From: Clostridia bacterium
GTDB taxonomy: Bacteria; Bacillota; Clostridia; Oscillospirales; Acutalibacteraceae
Assembly: GCA_030532035.1 (NCBI GenBank)
Contig: JAUNLX010000006.1
Location: forward strand, 6,191 to 70,190
Length of the DNA stretch: 64,000 nt
Reading direction: 5' to 3'
The position numbers and the translations under genes were made by a program. The notes beneath the pieces are model-generated. The model was not told the origin of the DNA. It ran no database searches and saw only the letters and a program-made list of their open reading frames with translations. This document shows, piece by piece, positions 26,959-36,864 of this stretch; position 1 is the first letter of the stretch; each line of letters opens with the position of its first letter.

Positions 26959-28383
26959 TTAGCTTAATTTTACTGAATATTTGTCGGGTTCAGTCTTAAA
27001 CGGCAGTTTTGTAGGATAATTGCCGTCAAAACACGCACTACATATATTGACGCTTGCTTTTTCAGATATTGATTTTAGAGTTTCTATGCTTAAATATTCA
27101 ACTGAATCTGCGCCTATATTTTTTGCTACAGTTTTTATATCTCCACCAATTTTACTATATAAAAAATTAGCAGGATCTCCTAAATCTGTTCCATAATAAC
27201 ACGGAAATTTAAAAGGCGGAGAAGTTATTCTAACATGAATTTCCTTGGCACCAGCCTTTTTGATTAGTTCAACTAACTGTTTTATAGTAACACCTTTTAC
27301 AATGGAATCATCAACTAAAACTACACGCTTGTCTTTAAATACAGATTTTAATATGCATAACTTGATTTTAACTGCTTTTTGAGTTAAGAGCAATTCATCG
27401 TCTTGTAGAGTTCTTCCGATATATTTGTTTTTGATAAATCCAAGTTCAAAAGGTATGCCTGACACACTTGAAAAACCGAGTGCAGCATCTATTCCCGAAT
27501 CAGGAACGCCAAAGACTATGTCTGCGTCAATAGGAGATTGTTCATATAATTTTTGACCTGCTGTATATCTGAATTTATGTACTGAGAGTCCATTGAGAAC
27601 AGAATCTTGTCCGGAAAAATAAATATATTCAAAGGCACAAAAAGCAGTTTTGTCACTTTTCATAGCTACGAGCGACTCTGTATTATCAGGCCTTATCGAA
27701 AAAATTTCTCCTGGTTTTACATCTCTAATAAATTCTCCACCGATTATATCAAAAGTAGAGGACTCGGAAGAAATCATATAACTGTCGCCGACTTTACCTA
27801 TGCTAAGAGGTCTCATCCCCAGCGGGTCTCTGACGCCTATCATTTTATGTGGAGTCATAACAACAAAAGAAAAAGAACCTTGAAGTAAGGGCATAATTTT
27901 TTTTATTGCTTCTTCAACACTTGAAGATTCAATTCTCTTAGTAGCTATTAAATAAGCAATTATTTCAGCGTCCATATCCGTTTGAAAAATTGCGCCATCT
28001 TTTTCTAAAAGTTCTTTGAGTTCATATGAATTAACCAAACTTCCGTTGCTGGCAATCGTTAAACTTCCTTTGAGATATCTCATCGCAAGAGGTTGTGAAT
28101 GTACGCCGTCAAAATTAGTGTTATTATTCACATGACCCAAAATCATATCTGGAGATTTTATACTGGCTAAATCTTCAAGTCTACTCTTTGGAAAAACTTC
28201 GCTGACAAGTCCACCAGCACAATAATCTGTCACTTCTCCATCTTTGCTAACTGCTATTCCAGCACTGACTTGTCCCCTATGCTGCAGAGTCAAAAGTGCA
28301 TTGTAAACGTCATAAACAGGTTCAGAATTTTCTTTGTTATTCTTAGAATATATTCCGAATATTCCACATTCTTCTTTTATCAT
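26959..28383 (-). CDS. purF: amidophosphoribosyltransferase
   Basis: 474 aa with N-terminal ...ECGIFGIY (Ntn Cys), LQHRGQ, PRTase motif [11 protein letters not shown] and a C-terminal Cys cluster. Confidence 0.93.
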   Translation of the reverse strand: MIKEECGIFGIYSKNNKENSEPVYDVYNALLTLQHRGQVSAGIAVSKDGEVTDYCAGGLVSEVFPKSRLEDLASIKSPDMILGHVNNNTNFDGVHSQPLAMRYLKGSLTIASNGSLVNSYELKELLEKDGAIFQTDMDAEIIAYLIATKRIESSSVEEAIKKIMPLLQGSFSFVVMTPHKMIGVRDPLGMRPLSIGKVGDSYMISSESSTFDIIGGEFIRDVKPGEIFSIRPDNTESLVAMKSDKTAFCAFEYIYFSGQDSVLNGLSVHKFRYTAGQKLYEQSPIDADIVFGVPDSGIDAALGFSSVSGIPFELGFIKNKYIGRTLQDDELLLTQKAVKIKLCILKSVFKDKRVVLVDDSIVKGVTIKQLVELIKKAGAKEIHVRITSPPFKFPCYYGTDLGDPANFLYSKIGGDIKTVAKNIGADSVEYLSIETLKSISEKASVNICSACFDGNYPTKLPFKTEPDKYSVKLS

Positions 28384-28392
28384 ATTGCTAAT

Positions 28393-28878
28393 TTATATTA
28401 AATCTTGTATTTTATTATCTTTTTTCTCAATTTCTTTTTTCATATCAGCTCTCATATCAATGAGTTTTTTCTGTAATTGTTCATCAGACAAAGATAAAAT
28501 CTCTGTTGCCAAAATAGCGGCATTTTTTGATCCATTGAGAGCTACAGTTGCAACGGGTATTCCAGATGGCATTTGAACAGTTGCCAAAAGAGAATCAAGT
28601 CCCTCAAAGGAAGATTTTATCGGAATACCTATAACAGGTAAAACTGTGTTTGCAGCAATAAAACCAGCCAAATGAGCAGCCATGCCTGCAGCAGCTATAA
28701 TAACTCCAAAATCGTTGGAGATAGCATTTTGAGCAAACTGTGTTACTTTTTCAGGTGTTCTGTGAGCTGACATAACATGCGTTTCAAACTCTATACCAAA
28801 ATCATCAAATACCTTAAAAGCAGGTTTTACTTTTTCAAAATCACTGTCACTACCCATAAGAACTGCAACTTTTTTCAT
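28393..28878 (-). CDS. purE: 5-(carboxyamino)imidazole ribonucleotide mutase
   Basis: 161 aa with MGSDSD, SAHRTP and AGMAAHLAG. Confidence 0.93.
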   Translation of the reverse strand: MKKVAVLMGSDSDFEKVKPAFKVFDDFGIEFETHVMSAHRTPEKVTQFAQNAISNDFGVIIAAAGMAAHLAGFIAANTVLPVIGIPIKSSFEGLDSLLATVQMPSGIPVATVALNGSKNAAILATEILSLSDEQLQKKLIDMRADMKKEIEKKDNKIQDLI

Positions 28879-28879
28879 T

Positions 28880-29494
28880 TTATTTCTCCTTTATATAAAC
28901 ATTTTTTATTTCTGATAAAAATTTAACGCCTATTTCTGAAACTTGACTTTCAAATAATTGAAATTGTTTTTCTGGTACGGCTATTTTGAGTTTTACTTTG
29001 TCTGTAAATTCGCTAAAGAGTATTTTAGCAGTCAAATTTTTACAAATTGTTGAAATTATTTGATAAGTTTCATAATCAATCTCAAAATCAACTACTTTGT
29101 GTTTTATCGAATTTATTATTTTAGTTTTTTCAAGAACGGCGGAAAAACTCTGTGTGTAAGCAGAAACGAGCCCACCAGTGCCAAGTAAGATACCGCCAAA
29201 ATATCTTGTAACTACTGCAACAGTATTGAAAAGCTCTTTCTTTTTCATAACAGACAAAATAGCCGAACCAGAAGTGCCTGCCGGTTCCCCGTCATCACTG
29301 TATTTGTCGACATTAGATTCAAAAATTCTGTATGCATAAACATTATGCCTTGCAGATTTATTTTCCTTTTTAATTTTATCTATGTATTCTTCTGCTTCGA
29401 CTACAGAAATAATCGGTTTAATTGTGGCAATAAATTTAGATTTTTTCACAGTCAATTCAGCAGAAGCTTCATTTTTAATAGTTTTATAAGACAT
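28880..29494 (-). CDS. yigZ: YigZ/IMPACT (UPF0029) family protein
   Basis: KKSKFIATI...ARHNVYAYR...DDGEPAGTSG...VVTRYFGGILLG. I prefer the start at MSYKTIKNE (29494). The longer track ORF would run into the rpmE terminator and gene. Confidence 0.8.
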   Translation of the reverse strand: MSYKTIKNEASAELTVKKSKFIATIKPIISVVEAEEYIDKIKKENKSARHNVYAYRIFESNVDKYSDDGEPAGTSGSAILSVMKKKELFNTVAVVTRYFGGILLGTGGLVSAYTQSFSAVLEKTKIINSIKHKVVDFEIDYETYQIISTICKNLTAKILFSEFTDKVKLKIAVPEKQFQLFESQVSEIGVKFLSEIKNVYIKEK

Positions 29495-29546
29495 ATAAAA
29501 ATAAATAAAACGGTGCCCTAAGGTATAACTCAAGCACCGTTTATTA

Positions 29547-29762
29547 TTATTTCGATTTTTTTCCGTCTTTGCCCAGTCTGCGATTGAACCTTTCAACTCG
29601 TCCGCCGGTATCTACGAGTTTTTGTTTACCCGTAAAGAACGGATGACAATTTGAGCAGATATCCACTTTTAATTCTTTAGCGGTCGAAGCTGTTTCAAAG
29701 GTGGCGCCGCATGCGCATTTTACGGTTACAGGACCGTATTCCGGATGTATATCTTTTTGCAT
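29547..29762 (-). CDS. rpmE: 50S ribosomal protein L31 (Zn-ribbon type A)
   Basis: 71 aa: MQKDIHPEY...CACG...[23 protein letters not shown]. Confidence 0.95.
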   Translation of the reverse strand: MQKDIHPEYGPVTVKCACGATFETASTAKELKVDICSNCHPFFTGKQKLVDTGGRVERFNRRLGKDGKKSK

Positions 29763-29844
29763 TTTTTCACCTCAATTACTTCTTTTACAATTCGTTTCAA
29801 CGAGAAAGAATTTTATCATAGTTTTTTATAAAAATCAAGCTAAT

Positions 29845-31005
29845 TTATCTATTATTAAATATATTATCTAAATCATCAAAATAATCTGAATCTGATACAT
29901 CATCTTTAGAAGTTTCTTTTTTCTCAGTATTCCCAACAGGCACATCGATTTCAGAACTTCCTTGATCATTTCCAAAATCTGAAAGTATAGAGCCCTCCAT
30001 AGCGTCCAGTTTAGCATTCGTCATAACTTTTTCTGCTGCTTGTGGAGTTTTTCCATCAAATCCAGTTGCAATTACAGTAATAATCATTTCGTCTTTGAGA
30101 GTTTCATCAAAAATACAACCCCAAATGATATTGGCTCCCTCCGCAGCTTGTGCAGAAACTAAGTCAGAGGCTACATAAGCTTCATCAACGGTGATGTCAG
30201 GAGAAGATTTAATACTAATAATTGCACCCTTGCAGCCTGAAATTTTCGTTTCTAAAAGTGGACTTGAAATAGCTGCCAGAGCGGCTTTTTCTGCCTTATC
30301 TTTTCCAGATGCTCTGCCAACGCCCATATGAGCTTTGCCGCCATCTCTCATAACTGCGTCTATATCTGCAAAGTCTAAGTTTACAAATCCTCGTTCAGTT
30401 ATAAGGCTTGAAATACTTCTAACGCCTTGACGAAGTAAATCATCTACAATATCAAAGGCATTTAAAAGAGTTATGGGCTCTTCTGAATATTCTTTAAGTC
30501 TTTCATTTGGAATTACGATGAGAGAATCTACATATTTTTCTAACTCGGCTATTCCCTCTTCTGCATGTTGCATTCTTCTATCGCCCTCAAAAGAAAAAGG
30601 CTTTGTAACAATGCCAATAGTTAAGATACCCATTTCCTTAGCAATAGAGGCAATAACAGGAGCTGCACCAGTTCCGGTACCGCCACCCATTCCAGCTGTA
30701 ATAAAGAGCATATCTGTGCCTTTTAAAATATCAGAAATTTTATCTTTACTCTCTTCGGCACTTCTCTGACCCATTTCAGGTTTTCCGCCAGCACCTTTTC
30801 CACTGGTTATTTTTTCTCCAATTTGTAATTTGTGCGTAGCCTGAGAAGCTTGTAAAATATGTAAATCCGTATTGATTGCTATAAATTCAACTCCCGGAAT
30901 ATCAGACTTAACCATTCGATTGACAGCGTTTCCTCCACCGCCGCCTACACCGACAACTTTAATTTGGACAATATTTTCATATCCTGTCGCCATTTCAAAA
31001 CCCAT
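29845..31005 (-). CDS. ftsZ: cell division protein FtsZ
   Basis: GVGGGGGNAVNRM and GGGTGTGAAPVIA tubulin signature. I prefer the start at MGFEMATGY (31005), preceded by AGGAGG. Confidence 0.95.
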   Translation of the reverse strand: MGFEMATGYENIVQIKVVGVGGGGGNAVNRMVKSDIPGVEFIAINTDLHILQASQATHKLQIGEKITSGKGAGGKPEMGQRSAEESKDKISDILKGTDMLFITAGMGGGTGTGAAPVIASIAKEMGILTIGIVTKPFSFEGDRRMQHAEEGIAELEKYVDSLIVIPNERLKEYSEEPITLLNAFDIVDDLLRQGVRSISSLITERGFVNLDFADIDAVMRDGGKAHMGVGRASGKDKAEKAALAAISSPLLETKISGCKGAIISIKSSPDITVDEAYVASDLVSAQAAEGANIIWGCIFDETLKDEMIITVIATGFDGKTPQAAEKVMTNAKLDAMEGSILSDFGNDQGSSEIDVPVGNTEKKETSKDDVSDSDYFDDLDNIFNNR

Positions 31006-31190
31006 TGGCAACCTCCTATATAACATAAATAATTAGAAATAATTTGTAAATGTATCCGTAATTTTGTGTTACATTCTATCACACTTAATTATAAAACTCA
31101 ACGATTCAGAGATATATTTTTGTAAATAAAAGAGATTTAATTCAATCCTTTTTCAACTAAAATTTTATATATTTTACAGAGTAAGTAATT

Positions 31191-32126
31191 TTATTTTTCT
31201 GGTCTAAAAAAAGCTTTCTTTTCAACAGACAAATCAAGTTTGCCTTTTTGCTGTGGATTGGATTCATTTTGTCTTTTAATAGCATGTTTTCCCAAAGCAA
31301 GCTTCTGTTCAATATTTTTTGTGTCCCCCAATAAAATCGTTATTCGGTTGTCATATGTAAGTTTTATATCATTCAAATTCGATAAATCAACAAAATTAAT
31401 TTTTTCAAATTTTTGTTTTTCAATTTGACTTACAATACTTAAAAAAGCTTCTTCGACAATTTTATTTTCAAATTCTATTTTTTCTCCAATTTCAGCTTTT
31501 TCTACTTTTACATTTTTAAATAAAATCAAGGTTCCGACTTTATCTTTTTTTACAAATTTCAAAACTTTGCCATTTTCATTCAAAATCGCCATTTCGTCGT
31601 TAATCTCGACAGCAACTTTGTCAGTTGTTGGCTTTACGGAGATAACAATAGTTCTCGGCAATTTTTTCTTTATAATAGTTGAATCTACATAAGGTAATTT
31701 GCTTTCAATTTTTTTAGCTGTTTTATTTTTATTTACTAAAATGAGATTGTCTCTAATTTTAATTTCTGAAGCGTCAATGATTTGCTTTGTGGTATAAATT
31801 GTCTTTTCTTCTACTTTTATATTTTGTATATTGAAAAAAACTGTAAGCGATAAGATAATTCCAACTAAAATCAATAAAATTAAAAATACAAAACCAAAAA
31901 ATCTTCTTCTGCGTTTTCGCATTTTAAGATAATATATCTGTTTTTCTCTCTTCTTCTCGTCGGAAGACATACGAACATCGCCCTTATTCTTATTTGAATA
32001 ATGGGCTTTCAAAAATTTTTTATTTATCTTTTTTTGAACAGGTTCTTTTTTAGAGACCTTTTTTTTATTTTTTTTCGTCGTTGTAATTACTTTAAGATTG
32101 GAATTTTTATTTTCGTTCAAGCTCAA
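31191..32126 (-). CDS. ftsQ: cell division protein FtsQ/DivIB (POTRA)
   Basis: Basic N-terminus, one TM helix (FGFVFLILLILVGIILSL), then a POTRA-like I.NIKVEE...Y region. The TTG start overlaps the murG stop, and a downstream ATG (MSSDEKK) is an alternative. Confidence 0.75.
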   Translation of the reverse strand: MSLNENKNSNLKVITTTKKNKKKVSKKEPVQKKINKKFLKAHYSNKNKGDVRMSSDEKKREKQIYYLKMRKRRRRFFGFVFLILLILVGIILSLTVFFNIQNIKVEEKTIYTTKQIIDASEIKIRDNLILVNKNKTAKKIESKLPYVDSTIIKKKLPRTIVISVKPTTDKVAVEINDEMAILNENGKVLKFVKKDKVGTLILFKNVKVEKAEIGEKIEFENKIVEEAFLSIVSQIEKQKFEKINFVDLSNLNDIKLTYDNRITILLGDTKNIEQKLALGKHAIKRQNESNPQQKGKLDLSVEKKAFFRPEK

Positions 32127-33238
32127 TTCCTCAATATTTCTTCACAGCTATTTATCATATCATCTATGACATTTTTATTATACAACAGATTTGCATTTTC
32201 TCCCATTTTTTCTCTAAAATCAACATCAGAAATTAAAATATTCAACTTTTGGGTTAGAGAGTCTAAATTGAGCTTCTTTTCCTCTATTAGAAAAGCGCCA
32301 TCTCTCTTTTCTAAGGTTTGGGCATTAAAATATTGATGATTTTCAGCTACATATGGCGAAGGAATTAAAATTGAAGCTTTAGAAAGAGCTTCAATTTCAG
32401 CAACAGAAGAGGCTCCAGATCTGGAAATGACTATATCAGCTGCATTCATAGCAAGATCCATATCATCAATATAATCATAAATTCTTATATTATCACTTAA
32501 TTTCACATTTTTATCTTTTAATTTTTCAACAAATTCATTTTTACGATTCCCGGTAGAATGCAGAAAAACTAAACTGTCATCTTCAAATTTTTCAATAATG
32601 AGTTCAGAAATAACATTATTTATAGGAGTGGCACCAAGCGAGCCTCCAACTGACAAAATAACTATTTTATCGTCTGTTATGTTTAATTTTTCTCTGGCTT
32701 TTGTTTTAGAAATTGAAAGCAAATTGTTTCTAACTGGGAGTCCAGTTATTACAACTTTATTTTTAATCTTCATTTTTTCAATGCAATCTGAATTTGTCAG
32801 CATAACAAGGTCCACTCTATTAGAAAGCTTCTTATTGGCAAGTCCAGGGAAAGAATTTTGCTCATGAATGGCAGTTTTAATATTCATTAAATTAGCAACA
32901 AATAAAAGTGGATATGAAATATATCCGCCAAATCCAATGACTAAATCGGGGTTAAAATCAGATATGATTTTTTTAGATGTAAAAAAAGCCTTAATCAATC
33001 TAAATAAATTTATAAAATTATGAAGTATATTTCCAAAAGATAATCTTCTTCTAAATCCGTCTAACTGCATTGATTTAAAATCAAATCCAGCTTGCGGGAC
33101 TTTGGTAGATTCTATTTTATCAGGAGTTCCGACAAATAAAATTTTATTTGCAGAATCTTTTTTCTTAAACCCCTGTGCAAGAGCTAAAGCAGGATTTAGA
33201 TGTCCAGCTGTACCCCCTGCCACAAAAATAATATTCAT
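32123..33238 (-). CDS. murG: UDP-N-acetylglucosamine--N-acetylmuramyl-(pentapeptide) pyrophosphoryl-undecaprenol GlcNAc transferase
   Basis: MNIIFVAGGTAGHLNPALALA and SRSGASSVAEI. I prefer the start at 33238 rather than 33298. Confidence 0.92.
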   Translation of the reverse strand: MNIIFVAGGTAGHLNPALALAQGFKKKDSANKILFVGTPDKIESTKVPQAGFDFKSMQLDGFRRRLSFGNILHNFINLFRLIKAFFTSKKIISDFNPDLVIGFGGYISYPLLFVANLMNIKTAIHEQNSFPGLANKKLSNRVDLVMLTNSDCIEKMKIKNKVVITGLPVRNNLLSISKTKAREKLNITDDKIVILSVGGSLGATPINNVISELIIEKFEDDSLVFLHSTGNRKNEFVEKLKDKNVKLSDNIRIYDYIDDMDLAMNAADIVISRSGASSVAEIEALSKASILIPSPYVAENHQYFNAQTLEKRDGAFLIEEKKLNLDSLTQKLNILISDVDFREKMGENANLLYNKNVIDDMINSCEEILRN

Positions 33239-33239
33239 A

Positions 33240-34466
33240 TTAAAACTTCCTAATTCTTGAACTTCTCGAAATGGACAAAACAATTCCAAGTTCAGCAAGT
33301 AACATTATCATTGCTGTTCCCCCATAACTGAAAAAAGGTAAACTTATTCCTGTATTGGGCAACATATCGGTAACAACGCCAATGTTTAAAGCCGCTTGTA
33401 TAGAGATTTGAAAAACTATTCCCAAACATAAAAAAGTACCAAATCTATCTCTTGATCTGTTTGCTATATACAGACCACGCAACAGTAGAGCTATAAACAG
33501 TCCGATTATAAGCGTGCCACCAATTAATCCAAGTTCTTCACAAACTATGGAGAAGATAAAGTCGTTTTGAGGTTCACTTACATAGAGATGCTTTTGTGTA
33601 GAATTGCCGATACCTTTTCCAAAAAATCCTCCTGAAGCTATCGCATAGAGGGCATTATTAGTTTGCCAACGATATTTCATAGGACTGTAGTCTTTATCAA
33701 GCCACGCCTTTATTCGTGGTGAAGCATGCCCTGGAAGAATTTCTGGTTTTATTATTACCGCCATTACAAGCAATAAAAACAAAATCAATACAGCAACGAA
33801 TTGCCAATTTCTAAAACCCGCGAGATATAACATAAAAAAGCCTATTGCAAAAACAAGTAAAGCTCCCGAAACATGATTTTCAGCATATATTAAAGCACAG
33901 GTAGATAATAAAATTAAAATATAGAGAAATTTGTTAAATGACATTCTTGCCATATTAATACTGCCAATATTCACTATATTATCTTTAGAATTATGTTTCA
34001 CCAAACCATTGTTATGACGATAAAATTTATCCATATGATAGGAAAAAAATAGAATAATCGCAAATTTAGCAATTTCTGACGGTTGGAATGTTCCAACAAG
34101 AGGCAACCTTATCCAGCGATGGAACTCTTCATATCCTGCAGGTGGTGGTACTATCAAAACAACCACAAGTAAGACATAGGAAACAATCAATAATAGGGAG
34201 GCGAAATTTTTTAGTTTTCGATAATCAACAGTTGAAACGCCAAACATTATTATTATTCCTATGACAACAAAAAATAGCTGTCTTTTCAAAAAATAAAAGC
34301 TGTCCCCTCTTTTGTAATATGCATATGTATAACTTGAGGAAAACATCATAATCAGGCCTATGGTGGTAAGAGATAGTACAATTATAAAAAATATAATATC
34401 AAATCCGCCAAGCCCTATTTGTTTTTTTCTTTTTTTGTTTTCTTTTAATACTGTTTTTTCTCTCAT
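33240..34466 (-). CDS. ftsW: FtsW/RodA/SpoVE (SEDS) family peptidoglycan polymerase
   Basis: 408 aa, about 10 TM, with QPSEIAK and LPNTGISLPFFSYGGT motifs. Confidence 0.9.
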   Translation of the reverse strand: MREKTVLKENKKRKKQIGLGGFDIIFFIIVLSLTTIGLIMMFSSSYTYAYYKRGDSFYFLKRQLFFVVIGIIIMFGVSTVDYRKLKNFASLLLIVSYVLLVVVLIVPPPAGYEEFHRWIRLPLVGTFQPSEIAKFAIILFFSYHMDKFYRHNNGLVKHNSKDNIVNIGSINMARMSFNKFLYILILLSTCALIYAENHVSGALLVFAIGFFMLYLAGFRNWQFVAVLILFLLLVMAVIIKPEILPGHASPRIKAWLDKDYSPMKYRWQTNNALYAIASGGFFGKGIGNSTQKHLYVSEPQNDFIFSIVCEELGLIGGTLIIGLFIALLLRGLYIANRSRDRFGTFLCLGIVFQISIQAALNIGVVTDMLPNTGISLPFFSYGGTAMIMLLAELGIVLSISRSSRIRKF

Positions 34467-35485
34467 ACTTTAGAAAAATAATACAATAAAATTGCCACAA
34501 TGCAAAAGATTAAATTGAATAAAGTAAAGCTCAATACAATTTTATTTTCTGAAAATCCTCTTTTTTCAAATTCATGGTGAATGGGTGTGATAAATGGAAG
34601 CCTATTGCCTTTTGTCAACTTAAAATAAATTCTCTGAACAAAGACCGTTAGAGCTTCAATGAAAAATACTATACCTACCAGCAAGATAATAATAGGCTGA
34701 TCTACCGCAAAGCACAGTGCTGAAATCATTCCGCCTAAAAACATAGAACCAGTATCGCCCATAAAACATTTTGCTGGATGAGCATTCCATATAAGAAATC
34801 CGCCAACGCTTCCCGCTGCAACTATTGCCAATGTGGTAACAGAGTAAAGACCCATCAAATAAGCGATAATTGCCAATGATATTATTGAGGTTATCGATAC
34901 GCTTGAACACAAACCGTCAATTCCGTCTACAAAATTTACTGCATTTACTGTTCCATAAATCGCAAATACTGAAAGAACTATGTATAACCAATAGGGAACC
35001 ATAAAACTGCCTATCATTGGAAAATATAGATGTGGTTGACCTACCAAACAAAGACAGGTTATATATGCTCCAATTACAAGTATTTGTAAAACTGTCTTTT
35101 TCCCCTCTGAAAGACCCTCATTTTGATTTTTTTTAACTTTTAAATAATCATCCATAAAGCCAATCATAGATAGACTCAAAGCCAGTAAAATTCCCGCATA
35201 AATTTTTACATTTATTTCTCCAGAATATATTTCTGTATTATTTTTTAATGCTCCACCTGTTAAAGAATCTATAATCATTATAAAAAAGAATACAAAAATA
35301 GTGGTAAAAATAAACATTATTCCACCCATTGTAGGTGTCCCTTTTTTTGCTTTATGCCAATAGATACTTTCTTCGGTAATTTGTCCCATTTTAAATTTTT
35401 TCAAAGCTGGCACAAGTTTAATTCCAAGCAAAGCAGATATGATAAAAGATATTACAAAACCAAGTATTATAAAGAGAAATCTCAT
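34463..35485 (-). CDS. mraY: phospho-N-acetylmuramoyl-pentapeptide-transferase
   Basis: 340 aa with H..K.GTPTMGG, DDY.K, NAVNFVDGIDGL, FMGDTGS and HHEFE. Confidence 0.93.
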   Translation of the reverse strand: MRFLFIILGFVISFIISALLGIKLVPALKKFKMGQITEESIYWHKAKKGTPTMGGIMFIFTTIFVFFFIMIIDSLTGGALKNNTEIYSGEINVKIYAGILLALSLSMIGFMDDYLKVKKNQNEGLSEGKKTVLQILVIGAYITCLCLVGQPHLYFPMIGSFMVPYWLYIVLSVFAIYGTVNAVNFVDGIDGLCSSVSITSIISLAIIAYLMGLYSVTTLAIVAAGSVGGFLIWNAHPAKCFMGDTGSMFLGGMISALCFAVDQPIIILLVGIVFFIEALTVFVQRIYFKLTKGNRLPFITPIHHEFEKRGFSENKIVLSFTLFNLIFCIVAILLYYFSKV

Positions 35486-36855
35486 TTCTTTTCTGCCTCC
35501 AATTTTTCATAAACTTTTTTTGCAACTTCTTCAAGTTTCATACCTCTCGAAGCTTTAAAAGTAACAACATCGCCACTCTGTAAATTTTCATACAAAAAAT
35601 CCGCCAATTTAGTTTTAGAATCGAAAGATTTAGAAATTTTCACACCATTCGCCTTTGCGGCTGCCACCGTCAGCTCAGAATATATTCCAATACACAGCAC
35701 CATATCAATTTCTTTTTTAGCTGCTCTGAGCCCAACATTGATATGGGCTTCTTTACTCTTTTCTCCAAGCTCAAGCATATCGCCAAAGACAAAAATTTTT
35801 CTATGATTTTTCTTTGAAGCCAAAGTGTTTATTGAGGCTTCGACGCTATCTGGACTTGCATTATAACAGTCCTCTATAAACATTATATCCCCGATTTTTA
35901 TATGTTTTTCTCTCATTCCAGTACTCAAGAAATCGACAAGACCGTCTTTATAATCATCAATATTGAGTTTAAGTTCTCCTATAACACTAAAGGCAGCCAA
36001 TGCATTCAAAACACTGTGTTTTCCAAAAAGAGGAATCTCAATATTATATCTTCCCTGAGAACAGACTAAATCAAAACTCGTAAATTCATCTTCAAAATGA
36101 ATATTTTCTGCTCTGTAATCTGCTTTTTGATTTTCAATTCCAAAAAAGACAACTTTATAATCGTCATTTTTATATGAAGATAATAGCTTGTCGTCTCCAT
36201 TTAATACAAGCGGAGAACCTTTTTTCATTCCGTCTAAAATTTCTAATTTAGCAGACATAATATTTTCTTTGCTTCCCAAATTTCCGATATGAGAAGTTCC
36301 AATATTATTTATAACACCAATATCTACTTGGGAAATAAGTGACAGAGTTGATATTTCGCCACGATGATTCATCCCCATTTCAATAACGGCATATTCACAT
36401 TCAGAATCTATATTCATCAATGTTCTGGGAAGTCCCACTTCATTATTTAAATTTCCCTCTGTCTTTAAGGCTTTATTTTTTTTAGATAAAAGCGTATGTA
36501 TCATATCTTTAACGGTAGTTTTTCCAACGCTTCCAGTAACCCCAATAAAAGGAAAGGTAAATTTTCCACGATAATAATTAGCAAGATGTAAAAAAGCTTC
36601 TGAAGTATTTTCAACTAAAATTTGAGATATATTTTTAGGTAAATTCAATTTTTTTTCGCACATAACTGCAACAGCTCCTGCCTCTACAGCAGATTCCGCA
36701 AAATCATGGCCATCGAATCTTTCACCTTTTATGCAAATAAACAGTGACTTCGGTTTTACTCTTCTGTTGTCAATTTCGCAGTCATATACATCTACATCAA
36801 CATCAGTTTTACCGAAAACTGCTTTTGCAATTTCCTTTGTTGTCATTTTTTCCAT
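35482..36855 (-). CDS. murF: UDP-N-acetylmuramoyl-tripeptide--D-alanyl-D-alanine ligase
   Basis: 457 aa with GVTGSVGKTT P-loop, EMGMNHRGEI and DCYNASP. Confidence 0.9.
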   Translation of the reverse strand: MEKMTTKEIAKAVFGKTDVDVDVYDCEIDNRRVKPKSLFICIKGERFDGHDFAESAVEAGAVAVMCEKKLNLPKNISQILVENTSEAFLHLANYYRGKFTFPFIGVTGSVGKTTVKDMIHTLLSKKNKALKTEGNLNNEVGLPRTLMNIDSECEYAVIEMGMNHRGEISTLSLISQVDIGVINNIGTSHIGNLGSKENIMSAKLEILDGMKKGSPLVLNGDDKLLSSYKNDDYKVVFFGIENQKADYRAENIHFEDEFTSFDLVCSQGRYNIEIPLFGKHSVLNALAAFSVIGELKLNIDDYKDGLVDFLSTGMREKHIKIGDIMFIEDCYNASPDSVEASINTLASKKNHRKIFVFGDMLELGEKSKEAHINVGLRAAKKEIDMVLCIGIYSELTVAAAKANGVKISKSFDSKTKLADFLYENLQSGDVVTFKASRGMKLEEVAKKVYEKLEAEKK

Positions 36856-36864
36856 AATATTCTC

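Noticed and set aside
34656-34910. Track ORF (84 aa, - strand) inside mraY in another frame
   Set aside because: It is an out-of-frame overlap within the strongly supported mraY, with an implausible composition.
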